A stretch of 64,000 nt of DNA from the human T2T-CHM13v2.0 reference genome, Homo sapiens. How positions within the stretch are numbered: position 1 is the stretch's first letter; every line of letters begins with the position of its first letter. The notes beneath the pieces are model-generated. The model did no database searches. It was not told the DNA's origin and saw only the letters and a list, made by a program, of their open reading frames with translations. Positions 47,546 through 63,448 of this stretch are shown here, one piece after another. The stretch covers positions 29,856,001 to 29,920,000 of the forward strand of contig CP068257.2 in the NCBI GenBank assembly GCA_009914755.4, written 5' to 3'. A program made the translations under genes and the position numbers.

Positions 47546-48637
47546 TTAAAACTAAAGCACATGCAAATGGGCTCTGATTCCTTAAATTAATTGAAAAACA
47601 TGGACCCCAACCTTTACAGAGCTTCATGCACAAGCTTATCAATGAGTATGGCCTGCCCATCTAAAGATTTTCTAAGAGGCTGCCCACGTAAAGGGGATGT
47701 CAGAGCTCCTGGAGCTTTGGGACAGCCACAAGCCCTCTACCTGGTTCTCTATCTAGGTCTTTTCCTCCTTCCCATTGCCCCAGTCTCTCCCAGAGCTCAG
47801 ACACACTCTATACCTTCCCATGGGAACAAAAAAGCCCCCAGGTGAGTGTTTTTGGCTGATGTGTGAGTTTGACATCCAGCACTGGCACATCCACCGTGTG
47901 ACACTTGGGACATCACTCAACTCATCACTTGCTCTTTTCCCAAGCAAGTACCAAACTGAAGGCCCATCAGGTGCCAGCAGCCATGCCAGGGACAGGGATG
48001 ACAAAACACCAGAATGAGCCTGCTCTCAAGAATTAGAGGCACGCCAACAGATGAATGGAAGACGATGGGTTACTATGCCAGCAGAAAAGGTCCTGGGAGG
48101 CTTTCTAGAGGCGATGGTGCCTGTGTTGGGCCTTTAAAAATAAGCAAGAATGGACCAGAAGGGGAGAAAATGCGGCACAGGCAGAGAGGCCGGGGGTTGA
48201 TGCTTCCTGGGCCCACACCAGGCACCAGGCCTGTTCAAAGCATCTACAGGAATCGGCTCATTCACTCCTCACAACCATCCCTATGAAATAGGTTCTATTA
48301 TTTTCCCCATGTGATAGACGAGGAAACTGAGGCATAAGGCAAATTGCATCGTCCGAGGTCATTCTATTCATAAGTGGCTAAGCAATGCAGTCTGGCTCAG
48401 ATTGGGGGTTTCCCCTATGGTCTGTGAGATGACTGCCCTTACCCACTGCACACCATGGCACCTGCCCATGCAAGCGCATGCTGTGCTTGTGAACTGCAAG
48501 CAAATGGTGCAATCTGGACCACCCCGGATACCCCAAAGGTCACCTAAATGCAGGAAGCTGAAGGAAGGGAGTCTTCAGGACAGCCGGGACCCACTAGAGA
48601 TTCAAACTCTCACCCGATACTCTTCAATCCAAACATA

Positions 48638-48691
48638 TTAGGTTGGTTAAAAGTAATGGCAAACATCACAATTACTTTTGCACCAACCTAA
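48638..48691. mobile_element. MADE1 (Hsmar1-derived mariner MITE) with internal deletion (54 bp vs ~80-bp consensus)
   Basis: ttaggttggttaaaagtaatggcaaacatcacaattacttttgcaccaacctaa - terminal inverted repeats TTAGGTTGGTgCAAAAGTAAT / ATTACTTTTGCACCAACCTAA. Confidence 0.8.
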
Positions 48692-48984
48692 AAACCTATA
48701 GTCACCCCACAGGTATCTGCTGACGTGTGTCCCCCAGCAGAGCTGAGTGGGCAGGGCTGGGGTGAGCAAGGAGTGAGGAGAAACGGGTGGAACAGGGCAT
48801 GGGCACGAGCCCTATGGCCTCAGACCTCATCTCAAGCCACGGGGAAGATGATGAATTCTAAACCCCAACACTCAGACACATACTAGGGAGACAGCTGACC
48901 TCCCATGGAAGTCACATTGAAAGGTTAGGACAAGATGGCAGGGACCAGGAGGCCATGTTCAGGAGAGAGGGCAAGAAGAGGGCA

Positions 48985-49340
48985 TTAGCTTCCTAGGCCT
49001 GCCATGACAGAGACGTTGATTGTCACAGTTCTGGACACTAGAAGTCCAAAATCCAAAGTGTTGGCAGGACTGCACTCCCTCAAGAGACTCTCGGGAAGGA
49101 TCCTTCCTTGCCTCTTCCAACTTCTGGTAGCTCCGGGCGGCTTCTTGGCTTGTGGCTGCATTGCTGCAATTCTGCCTCTGTCTTCGTGTGGCATTCTCTG
49201 TGTGCCCACACCTCTGTATCTGAACCATTGGATCTGGGGTCCACTATAATCCAGTAGGACCCCTTCTTATCTGATGACAACTGCAAAGACCCTATGTCCA
49301 AAGGCGGCCACATTCTGAAGTTCCAGTGACATGAGTGTTT
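48985..49340. mobile_element. ERVL/MaLR-type solo LTR (MLT-like), 5'-deleted copy, orientation as 7198
   Basis: gtcacagttctggacactagaagtccaaaatccaaagtgttggcaggactgcactccc...cctcttccaacttctggtagctccgggcggcttcttggcttgtggctgcattgc...gtgtgcccacacctctgtatctgaacc...ccaaaggcggccacattctgaagttccag. Confidence 0.5.
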
Positions 49341-49555
49341 GGAGGGATAGTATTCAACTCACCCGCATAGGGCTGAACATAGGTCAAGGGTCTTGGGACT
49401 GAAGAGGAGCAAGCAAAGGAAAAAAATATAGCAAGGTGTATGACAGTAAAGAAGATGTGCTATCTTTTTGGTTGGGGGGGATGCAAAAATTAGCACGCCT
49501 GTGCTTATATAAACCAATACTGCAAGAAATCGCAAAAAAAAAAAAAAAAGTATTA

Positions 49556-49903
<348 letters not shown>

Positions 49904-50350
49904 TTAAGGGATGGGGTGAGCACAAGACTGCTCTATGTGTACTTCATTATAATCTTTTTAATCTTGAAACCATGTAAAGGCATTATTTATCCAAACAAAG
50001 AAAACTTAAAAACAATGTTTTGGAAGTGAAAATTACAAATGGATGAATCTCACAAACATAACAGTGAACGAAAGACACCAAATACAATCAAGTACATCCT
50101 GTGCGATTCCTTACTATCAAGTACAAAAATACATCTATGGGGTTAGAAATCAGGATTGGGGTTGCCCTGAAGGGGGCGCAACAGGAAAGTTTCTGGGGTC
50201 TCAGCATGTTCTGTTTCTAGATCTATGTGCTGGTTACATGGTTTTATCCCATTTGTAAGAATTCATCAAGCTGTACAAATACAATAACGTACACTTTTCT
50301 GTATGTATGTTATATTTAATTTCAATAATTTTTTAATTAAATACATATGT

Positions 50351-50570
50351 GGCCAGGTGCGGTTACTCACGCCTATAATCCCAGTACTTTGGGAGGTTGA
50401 GACAGAAGGAATGCATGAGGCCAGAAGTTTGAGACCAGCCTGGGCAACACAGTGAGACCCTGTCTCTATAAAAAATTTTTTAAATAGCCGGGTGTCATGG
50501 CATGCGCCTGTAGTCTCAGCTACTCAGGAGGCTGAGATGGGAGAAGACCGTATCTCTATATAAATTAAAA
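50351..50570 (+). mobile_element. Alu SINE with ~80-bp internal deletion in right arm
   Basis: ggccaggtgcggttactcacgcctataatcccagtactttgggaggttgagacagaagg...gcctgtagtctcagctactcaggaggctgagatgggagaa|gaccgtatctctatataaattaaaaa. Confidence 0.8.
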
Positions 50571-51329
50571 AGTATTTTTAAAATAAGTAAATATATACAT
50601 AATGTTAGTGCATAGCTTCCTATCTGTAAAATGGGGATGATATCACCCCGTTTACAGCAAAGCTCTCCTGCCTGAGGACGCCCAGAATTCCAAGGAAGAA
50701 CACAGAATGCTGTCATCATTCAAGCCCAATGTCATGCACGTCCATGTCACATGCTCTAAAAGATTTTTCCAAAAGAAATATGGACATGACAATGTTTTCA
50801 TTAATGCTGCCTTGGTTTCGAAAGAGATTTGGCCCCTTATTGTCAAAGCCTGAAATTTTAGCTGCAAAGCAAGCGGGGAGGGGTCCCTGAAAACGTTTTT
50901 ATGCATTTCTCGCTGAAACAAAAGACCAAAAATGGACTTTCCCCAAGAAGTGGTGGGAGGAGGGGCAGCCTGCACGCATCGTCCCTGCACGGCCGCTCAT
51001 TCCAGCCACCTACCATGCCTCCCGTAATGGAAACACCACATTTAAACAGGTGTCGTAACAGTAAAGGGGCCCCATAAATGGGAAACCCAGGAGGCCTCTC
51101 AGAGCTGGACAGCTGGTGCGAAAGGGAGGGTTACAGACCTAAGTGGTCCCCAGACTTCCGGAGTCTGCTATCCTTCACCTCACACACTCTTAAACGTCCA
51201 TTTGCCTCCAAGAGCACACACACACCACATACATTAAATCTCTCAACAGGAAATTTCTTCCATTCTTAAATGGTCTCGACTAAATAAAATACCTTTGACA
51301 GAGTATTCTGAGGCACTGGATTGTATTAA

Positions 51330-51655
<326 letters not shown>

Positions 51656-52008
51656 GGAATGGGCTAGTTATTCTGTACTAAACCTTCTGCTCAGTTTAGC
51701 AGAGTCACATGGACACTCCGGACTGCTTCACAGAGGGACACGAAATGAGAAGGGGGAGGGCAATGTGGTGGCCCTGGCAGACGCAGAATTCAGGGGAGGG
51801 TGAGAATCAGTGAATCCCAGCCACATAAGCACCCAAGTGCTGCTAGCAGTTGATGAGAGTGGATTTCATCGCACCCAGGTTGTGTGGCCTGTCACGGATC
51901 TAATCTCTTTGCTTCTCCAATTTTTCATCTGTAAAATGGGATGGCAGTACTCACCTTTTGAGGACTTCTTAATGATAACATGTAAAGTATCAAAAAGGCC
52001 CAGTGCAA

Positions 52009-52147
52009 GCTGTGGTACGCACCTGTAATATCAGCTACTTGGGAGGCTGAGGCACAAGGATCACTTGAGCCCAGGAGTTCAAGACCAGCCTAGGCAACAT
52101 AGTGAAACCTCGTCTCAAAAAAACATAAAAAAAAAAGAAAAAAAAAA
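52009..52147 (+). mobile_element. FLAM-like free left Alu monomer (~130 bp) with A-rich tail; 15-bp TSD aaggccYagYRcaag
   Basis: ctgtggtacgcacctgtaatatcagctacttgggaggctgaggcacaaggatcacttgagcccaggagttcaagaccagcctaggcaacatagtgaaacctcgtctcaaaaaaacataaaaaaaaaagaaaaaaaaaa. Confidence 0.8.
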
Positions 52148-52194
52148 TTAAGGCCTAGCACAAGGGAAAGGATCAATAAAAGGTAGGAAGTACA

Positions 52195-52493
<299 letters not shown>

Positions 52494-52547
52494 GGTAGCG
52501 AGTACAATGGTTATAGTCCTAAACACCACTTATAAAAGTATTCAAGT

Positions 52548-52668
52548 GGCCGGAAGAGGTGGCTCACGCCTATAATCCCGGCACTTTGGGAAGCTGAGGC
52601 AGGAGGATCGCTTAAGCCTGGGAGTTTGTGACCAGCTTGGGCAACATACGGGGACCCCCATCTCTGCA
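52548..52668 (+). mobile_element. Alu left-monomer fragment (FLAM-like), 3'-truncated
   Basis: ggccggaagaggtggctcacgcctataatcccggcactttgggaagctgaggcaggaggatcgcttaagcctgggagtttgtgaccagcttgggcaacatacggggacccccatctctgcag. Confidence 0.8.
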
Positions 52669-53265
52669 GATGAGGCTCTCATATGTCCAGCCTGCTCACT
52701 TCTTAAACTTCTGGTTCATAAAATCAAAGACTCACGACACTGGAAGCTAGAAAGGACCTCAGAAACAACATCTCACAGATGAGGAATCCAAAGACAGTTG
52801 TTCATAGTTTTCTTTTGTTTGTTTTTTTTGCTCTGAGGCGTAAGAAAGATTTAAGTGATAAGATAATGATAGTGTTTTGTAAACACTTATAACAATGTTT
52901 AAAGTAATAAACACGAAAAGTAAAGTCTACCTGAAAAGTAAAGAAATGGAGAAAGAGAGAGAGCCGGAGATATTGTTCAATTAACAGCAACAAAATAAAG
53001 TGAAATGATTAAGATTCCGTTGCTAGTTAGGCTGTGGTGAGTCCAATATACTTATTATTGATAAATTCATATATGGATATATACATCAACTGATGAAGAC
53101 CAATCAAGCTTCTGGAAGGCAGTTTGGCAATTCAAATCAAGAGCTATTTTTTACAGTGTCATATTTAATACATATTGAATACAGAACCCACATCCTGGGA
53201 ATTTATCCTGAGAAAAGTATGTTTAGAAAAGAAAGCAAGCAAACAATATATACTTAAAGAATGTC

Positions 53266-53589
<324 letters not shown>

Positions 53590-54234
53590 TTATTAAAATA
53601 GTGATGAAAATAATACTACATAAATGTTCAATTACAGGAGAATAGTTAAGTAAATTATGAGCTCACTGAAATGTATGACCATTATAAATGAGAAATATGA
53701 GGATAAAGTGGCTACAATATGCAGGCTGATGGTGTAACACTACCTGAAAAGAAACAAAATACAAAGCTGTATCTATTTAAGAGTTACAATTATATAAAAA
53801 GTACATCCAAAATATGGATAAGAAAAAACAGAGAAAACCAAAAGCAACCAATGTGTTCCTATCCTAGGAATGCAGAAGAATGTCTCCTTTTAAATGCATT
53901 TTATTGTTCTTACAAAAATCATGCAGTCAATAAAAATACATTTTAAAAGAATAAGCTGATCCATGTGCAGCACAAAATCCCTTTCGAAGCTAAGTGCTTG
54001 CCCAACTGCCTAGAAAAATAGGTTGGGAAAGTCAAGCAAAGGCCTGAATCCTTATCAGATCTCAATTAGCAATTTCCTCACTTTCCCTAAAACCAGTGCC
54101 CTCACCCCTCCCTCTGTGGTCATTCGAAATGAAGACTATGCCCTCAACCCTTGACCCAACCACAGGCATTCAAGCCAGGCTCCTCCCATGAAGATCTCCT
54201 TCATTCTTCTGAATGCTTAGTAATGGGTACAGCA

Positions 54235-54538
54235 GGCCAGGTGCGGTGGCTCACGCCTGTAATCCCAGCACTTTGGGAGGCCGAGGCGGGAGGATGACAA
54301 AGTCAGGAGAACGAGACCATCCTGGCTAACACGGTGAAACTCCGTCTCTACTAAAAATAAAAAAAAAATTAGCCGGGCGTGGTGGTGTGTGCCTGTATTC
54401 CCAGCTTCTGGGGAGGCTGAGGCAGGAGAATGGCGTGAACCCAGGAGGAGGAGCTTACAGTGAGCCGAGACCGCGCCACTGCACTCCAGCCTGGGGGATA
54501 GAGCGAGACTCCGTCTCAAAAAAAAAGAAAAAAAAAAG
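54235..54538 (+). mobile_element. AluY-like SINE; 16-bp TSD agtaatRggtacagca
   Basis: ggccaggtgcggtggctcacgcctgtaatcccagcactttgggaggccgaggcgggaggatgacaaagtcaggagaacgagaccatcctggctaacacggtgaaactccgtctc ... gaatggcgtgaacccaggaggaggagcttacagtgagccgagaccgcgccactgc ... ctccgtctcaaaaaaaaagaaaaaaaaaa. Confidence 0.95.
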
Positions 54539-54780
54539 TAATAGGTACAGCATTGTGGGATCATCTCACCTCTGAGGCAAAATGTTTTCTCCTTGAGGTT
54601 AGGGAACTCAGCTTCTCTCTATTTCTACTTGCCCCCCAACCCTTACTACTCCCTCAAGGATCATCCATGATTTTCTACACATAGGCTCAGTATCCAGGTA
54701 CAAATTCTTCCGCAACCAATTGCAGGTTAGGTCCTGGGCTGCTCAGTCCCTGTGACACTTTTTAAAAACCCAGGTCCACG

Positions 54781-55162
<382 letters not shown>

Positions 55163-55379
55163 TTATCTGCTGGTTCCAAACTGCTTGCCTACCCTGCTTC
55201 CCCCTCAGAGTACATGCTGCCTCATGTTGCCTCTTCCTATACATCAGTTTCACCCTGGCTGGAAACTGCTCATCAGCAACTAAGAGAAACTTTCTTCTCC
55301 AATGGGCCCATAGGGAAGTTGCCCTCTCTGATCTCTCCTGAGTAAAATCCCCTTTTCACTTTGGGCTTCTCGTCCCACA

Positions 55380-56030
55380 GCCGCCACCATTCCAAGCTCG
55401 CGCTCTTGGCAATGACCTGCGCGTCATGCGTGCGTACAGACTGCTGAGTTACAAATCGGGGCAAGTTTATCCAAACACAGGCCAAGCTCCTCCACAGCAG
55501 CGCCGTGGGAGATGAATGTGGCTGAGACCTTGCCATCTAAGAGTTTGCGGTCTGGCAAGTGTCCACAGAGACCCAAGCTAGACTATAACAACACACAGAA
55601 AAGAGTCATGAAACATTGTAACGATTCAGAAGGGAAGGGACGACTTCAAGTCACGGAGGAAGCAGAACATCGAGGAAAACTGTAAGAAGATGGCTGATTT
55701 CAACCACACCTAGAAGAGGAGGTAGATTTTGACGTGCAGAAATAGGAATGTCCCAGATCTGGAAACAGTGTGAGCAAAAGAATAAGAAAACAGGATATAT
55801 CCCCGAGGAGAAGTAACTCCTGTTTCACTGGCTCAAAGGATTTGAACAAGGAGTCCTGTCAGACAAGATTGAAAAACAAGGTCTGGACCAGTAGGGCTAG
55901 CCATAGCCACCGAAAGTTTAAAACACAGGTGGCGTATCAGAGCTAAGCTTTCAGAAAATCAAGCTTCTTAGCACTGAGGACATATCCATATTACACGTCC
56001 TTAACCAATTTAAATAGGCAGTCTTAAGAC
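55380..56030. other. Unique, CpG-retaining segment (~21 CpG in 650 bp; 7 CpG within 55381-55440); unclassified
   Basis: ccgccaccattccaagctcgcgctcttggcaatgacctgcgcgtcatgcgtgcgtacag...aatcgggg...cagcgccgtggg...tttgcggtc...aacgattc...ggacgacttc...tcacggagg...catcgagg...tgacgtgc...ccccgagg...accgaaag...ggcgtatc...cacgtcc; no long ORF on either strand; flanked by Alus. Confidence 0.5.
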
Positions 56031-56337
56031 CCAGCACAGTGGCTCACGCCTGTAATTCCAGGACTTTGGGAGGCCAAGGTGGGCAGATCGTTCAAGTCAG
56101 GAGTTCAAGACCAACCTGGCGAACACAGCGAAAACCCATCTGTATTAAAAATATAAAAATTAGCTGGGCATGGTGGCAAGTGCCTGTAATCCCAGCTACT
56201 CAGGAGGCTGAGACAGGAGAATCGCTTGAACCCGGGAGGCGGAGGTTGCAGTGCCAAGATCATATCACTGCACTCCAGCCAGGGGGGCAGAGGGAGATGG
56301 TCTCAAAAAATAAATAATAAATAAATAAATAAAAATA
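56030..56337 (+). mobile_element. Alu SINE (S-class) with (AAAT)n tail, host of downstream Alu
   Basis: agacccagcacagtggctcacgcctgtaattccaggactttgggaggccaaggtgggcagatcgttcaagtcagg ... ggtctcaaaaaataaataataaataaataaataaaaatag. Confidence 0.9.
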
Positions 56338-56649
56338 GGCCACTTGTGGTGGCTCACGCCTGTAATCCCAGCACTTTGGGAGGCCCAGGTAGGCAGATTA
56401 CATGAGGTCAGGAGTTCAAGAGCAGCCTGGCCAACATGGTGAAACCCCACCCCTACAAAAATACAAAAATTAGCCAGGCACGATGGTGGGCGCCTGTAAT
56501 CCCAGCTACTCAGGAGGCTGAGGCAGGAGAATCACTTGAACCCCGGTGGCAAAGGTTGCAGTCAGCTGAGATCACGCCATTGCACTCCAGCCTGGGTAAC
56601 AGAGCAAGACTCCGTCTCAAAATAAATAAATAAACAAGCAAACAAACAG
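56338..56649 (+). mobile_element. Alu SINE (S-class), apparently inserted into the (AAAT)n tail of the upstream Alu; the pair is flanked by aggcagtct(t)aa
   Basis: ggccacttgtggtggctcacgcctgtaatcccagcactttgggaggcccaggtaggcagattacatgagg ... ctccgtctcaaaataaataaataaacaagcaaacaaacagg; outer flanks ataggcagtcttaag ... acaggcagtctaac. Confidence 0.9.
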
Positions 56650-56671
56650 GCAGTCTAACAGAGCAGCTGGG

Positions 56672-57440
56672 CATGGTTATGGGTTGAACTGTAGCCCTCA
56701 AAAAAAGATATGTCAAAATCCTGGCCAGGCACGGTGGCTCACGCCTGTAATCCCAGCACTTTGGGAGGCCGAGGCAGGTGGATCACAAGGTCAGGAGATC
56801 GAGACCATCCTGGCTAACATGGTGAAACCCCATCTCTACTAAAAATACAAAAAATTAGCCAGGCGTGGCAGCATGCGCCTGTATTCCCAGCTTCTGGGGA
56901 GGCTGAGGCAGGAGAATGGCGTGAACCCGGGAGGCGGAGCTTGCAGTAAGCCAAGATCACGCCACTGTACTCCAGCCTGGGTGACAGAGTGAGACTCCGT
57001 CTCAAAAAAAAAAGATATGTCAAAACCTTAATCCCTGGTACCTGTGAATGTGAGCTTCTTTGGAAACAGGGTCTTTGCAGATATAATCAAGTTAAGAAGA
57101 GGTCATACTGAATTAGGCTGGGCCCTACAGCCAATAGCTGATAACCTTATAAGAGAAAGGGGGAGATGTGGAAACAGACACACAGACACACATGGAGAAT
57201 GCAGCCATGTGATAATGTCAGAGATTGGAATGATAATGTGACAAGCCAAGGATTGCCTGGAGCCACCAAAAGCTGGAAGAGGCAAGAAAAGAATTTTCCC
57301 TAGGGCCCTCAGAGGGAGTGTGGCCCTGTTGACACCTTGATTACAGACTTCTAGCCTCCAGTTCTGTGAAAGAATAAACTTCTGTTGTCTTAAGTCACCA
57401 GATTGAGGTACCTTGTTACCGGGAGGAAACTAACAAAGAC
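56672..57440. mobile_element. ERVL/MaLR-type solo LTR (MLT-like), orientation as 12440 copy, split by AluY at 56723-57013
   Basis: atggttatgggttgaactgtagccctcaaaaaaagatatgtcaaaatcc // aaaagatatgtcaaaaccttaatccctggtacctgtgaatgtgagcttctttggaaacagggtctttgcagatataatcaagttaagaagaggtcatactg...ccctcagagggagtgtggccctgttgacaccttgattacagacttctagcctccagttctgtgaaagaataaacttctgttgtcttaagtcacc. Confidence 0.55.
56723..57013 (+). mobile_element. AluY-like SINE inserted in MLT-like LTR; 17-bp TSD aaaagatatgtcaaaaYc
   Basis: ggccaggcacggtggctcacgcctgtaatcccagcactttgggaggccgaggcaggtggatcacaaggtcaggagatcgagaccatcctggctaacatggtgaaacc ... gaatggcgtgaacccgggaggcggagcttgcagtaagccaagatcacgccactg ... ctccgtctcaaaaaaaaaa. 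Confidence 0.95.
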
Positions 57441-58260
57441 ATGAATTAAATGTCTTGGAAATCATCAATGCTTTGGGACATTCAGAGAAGATGGGATCAT
57501 TCATGAACCAGGAGGCAATCCTAGAGAAAAGCTGAAGTCATGAGACACAACCATGATTGGGACTGTGGATATAAGACTAGTGTCTAAGGAGAAAGGGGAA
57601 AAAAGGGGAGGCACTCAACCCTCCAAGGTCAACAATGTTCTGATGACTGAGGGTCTTGGTTCAATCCCAGCCTGAAAGGATCCATTAATAGCGCTAATCC
57701 TTCCATTGAGATTTAATCACTGGGCTCCTCTGTGGCCCCCACTGGCTTTCTCATCTTTGTTCACTCTGACAGAGCCCACATATTCTTTATTCTTCCCAAG
57801 GTCCTTGTTGTTAAGAGGAACACTTTGTGATTAATCTCCATGTGTAAAGTGGATTACAAAACGAGAAAATATGACTTTGGGGGGCTTAAGTGTCCACTAG
57901 TCACACCCATTCAAAGATGAAGGTGTATATTCATTAATGTGATTTTTCTGATTATACAAGTAACTACTACTCATCACAAAATCTTTCAAAGTTAGAGAAA
58001 ATCATACAGAAGAAAATAAGTTGCTTTTATACAGGAAGAGAAAAAAATTGTTTTAATTTATTTTAAAAAAAATTTTTAATAAAAGAAAATAACAACCACC
58101 CTTAATCTCAACACTAAAGAATATTTATAATGGGTATTCTGGCACACTTTATGTAATGAAAAGAGGTATTTGTAATTTAAAAAAAAAAAAAAACTGTGAT
58201 GGAATCTTCCAGAAGAATTACCCAGGTAGAAGGAAAAAAAAATGTTAAAAAGAAACCAGA

Positions 58261-58621
<361 letters not shown>

Positions 58622-60115
58622 CTATTAACCATTTTAACACTGCTAGAGGTCAGAAATATTTTATTCATGGCAAAGGAAAAAATTCAAGGATATGCATGTC
58701 ACAGCATCTACAGTGGGAGTAAAAACTATTAAACCTGACTCTCCTCTGCTCCAGAATTCCACGAAGTAACTTGTTGAAGCTTGAAAAACCTTGAGTTTTC
58801 AAGTTTTTCCCAAATTAAAGTTCTCTAGCAACCATAATGCAGCAACCAAGACCATATCTTATACCCTTGAAACAACTTTCCCCAAAGCCCTGTTACTACT
58901 GTCTCAGCTGTCTCAGCTGCAGGGCTGTGCCCCAAAATAGTGGGGGGGGGCTGGCTCCTATGTTGTAATAAAGATAAGGTCCAGGCATTCCAGCTTACTA
59001 GTTGCTAGTTGCTAGGAGGCTCATAAATTCACTTTTCCTGACTTGGATGAGATTCAGAACTGCTGTATCACAGGCTGAGAAGACATGGATCACTACAATT
59101 AAAATTCAGTCTGTCCAAAAGGAACAATTTTAGCCCTTCCCACTCTAATAAGCTACATTAACTGGTCCTGTTTTAAAGAATGGGCAGTTAACTGGGATCT
59201 CTAAAGTCTTTGTCATGAAGACTGCAGGTTCCTCATGCTAACCGGCAACTTTTAGAAACAAAGTATATCTGGTTTTGAGCCCATCTTCCAAGAAAGAGAC
59301 TGTCATTTGTGTATTCTTACTTGAAGTCCACTGAAATTGTGGCAACAGACTCCCACAAACTTTTAAGATAATTTGAATTGTTTGATACAATTGGTGAGGT
59401 TTCACAGGGCCAAGGTTGCAGGCAGATCCAACCCTCAAAATTAAAGCAATTAGCTGTCCGTCAGCAGGGGGAAAAAAGGAAAAAAACTACAGGGTGAGGA
59501 TTTTCAATCTACTTTTAAGGAATTCGATTGCTAAATTGTTTAGTTAACTAAGAACCACAGTTACAAGGTTTTAATTTTTATAATTACAATGAAATGTTAA
59601 AGTTCAATTGATATAATTGTGGCACTGAAATTGTAACTTCTAATCACAGAGATTTCAAGATGAGATAATTATTTGAACATTCACACATCTTTTCTAAAAT
59701 GTCATGGTAGACCATGCACCACACTTGGAACGTTTTCTGAAAATATTTTCAATGCTCGATAAACTGCTTAAGAGGAGTAATTTTGTAATAATCACCCAGC
59801 AATATATTAACCATAACAGATTTGAGGGTTAAGGATGAGCTTTGCATGACACAGTTATTAGCAATATCCAGAAGACATTAATTGAAAGAACTTGCTCAAG
59901 CACACAAAAGCCCAAAACACCTGAAATTATTATCTAGCTTTAAAGAACTTTCTACTGTATAAAAGGAAGATACACTTTCTTAATTTAATTCCAGCTAAAA
60001 TAATAACCAAAAGCTGATGCCTCAAGATAGCTCAGTTCCAAATATCTAGAAAGTACAAGATTCTTTCCTAAGACATTTCAACATGTGATCTCGAATAGTA
60101 TTTGTTATTTGTGTC

Positions 60116-60422
60116 TTTTTTTTTTTTTTTTTTTTTTTGCTGAGAGAGTCCCGCTGTGTCACCCAGGCTGGAGTACAGTGGCGAGATCTCAGCTCACTGC
60201 AACCTCCGCCTCCTGGGTTCAAGCAATTCTCATGTGCCTCAGTCTCCTCAGTAGCTGAGATTACAGGTGTGTGCCACCACACCCAGCCAATTTTTGTATT
60301 TTTAGTAGGGACGGGTTTCGCCATGTTGGCCAGGCTGGTCTCGAACTCCTGACCTCAAGTGATCTGACCACCTCAGCCTCTCAAAGTGTTGGGATTACAG
60401 GCGTGACCCACCGTGCCAGGCC
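60116..60422 (-). mobile_element. Alu SINE (S-class), T23 tail; 13-bp TSD atYtgtgtctttt
   Basis: T-run + gctgagagagtcccgctgtgtcacccaggctggagtacagtggcgagatctcagctcactgcaacc ... ggcgtgacccaccgtgccaggcc. Confidence 0.9.
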
Positions 60423-60462
60423 ATCTGTGTCTTTTAAATGTGGGGTTTCTCAACCTTAACCT

Positions 60463-60770
60463 TTTGTTGTTGTTTTTTTTTTTTTTTGAGACGAGAGCCT
60501 CGTTCTGTCACTCAGGCTGGAGTGCAATGGCACAATCTCAGCTCACTGCAAACTCTGCTCCTGGGCTCAAACAATCCTCCTGCCTCAGCCTCCCAAGTAG
60601 CTGGGACTACAGGCATGCACCACCATGCCCAGCTAATTTTTGTATTTTTTTCTAGAGATGGGTCTTCACCATGTTGGCCAGGCTGGTCTCGAACTCCTGG
60701 CCACAAGCGATCCACCCACCTCAGCCTCCCCAAGTGCCAGCATTGCAGGCATGAGCCACCGTGCCAGGCC
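60463..60770 (-). mobile_element. Alu SINE (diverged S/J-class)
   Basis: ttgttgttgtttttttttttttttttgagacgagagcctcgttctgtcactcaggctggagtgcaatggcacaatctcagctcactgcaaactctgc ... gccagcattgcaggcatgagccaccgtgccaggcc. Confidence 0.9.
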
Positions 60771-61339
60771 AAGCTGAACATTATTGACTATGGACCTGAT
60801 CACTGTCCTGGTGGGCTGTTCTATGCACTGGAGGATGTTCAGCAGCATCATTGGCCTTTACCCACTAGATGCCACTAGAACCTCTCTAGCCATGACAACC
60901 AAAAATATCTCCAGACATTGCCAAATGTTTGGAGGCAAGGCTGCCCCCAGTTGAGAGCCTCTGTATTAATAAAACACAACAAAAACTACCACCCAGCAAA
61001 AGTTTAACACCCAAAAGCTGATACCAAAGGTAGTTCACTTCCAAATCTCATTGCAAATATTTCCTTCAAGAAGCTCTGATAAATAAAATAACTGAGTGAT
61101 TCAGAGTTTTTTTAAGTAAACAAAGTTTTGCTTTTTTTAAGTGTGAAATTGGTGTTTTAAAACAAAATGTTTCCTGTGTTCCTTTTCTTGATCTATAACT
61201 TAATTAGTCATGCCAGAAGTGTAGAAAAGGAAATGTAAATTAGCATACCACCTACATATGTAGTGAAAAGTATTGGCAGAATCATGACTAAGTAAACATT
61301 TTTTATTGACTTTCAGCTTTTAAAAATAAATATGCATAG

Positions 61340-62608
<1,269 letters not shown>

Positions 62609-62910
62609 GAAGTATATCTTAATAATACTGTCATAAAAATAAAAACAATCTATAGAGAAAACCTAGAAGACTTAATCATGATTACAGAAATACAATGTAC
62701 CAACACAACATTACCACTCCTGACTGCTGACGGAGCTGGGGGTAGAGCCAGGAAGAAAGTTAAGGAGAAAAAGAGAAGATCAGGACATCCATTTCTAATT
62801 TCACAAGGGCAGGGAGGGATTAAAAGTCACTGTCATTGGTTGATGTAACTAAATTAAAGGTCTATGTCAGTAATATAAAGACTGAAGAATAATCAATTCA
62901 AGAACCATAA

Positions 62911-63418
<508 letters not shown>

Positions 63419-63448
63419 AAGAAAGAAAAAGAACCATTAAAAAAAATG

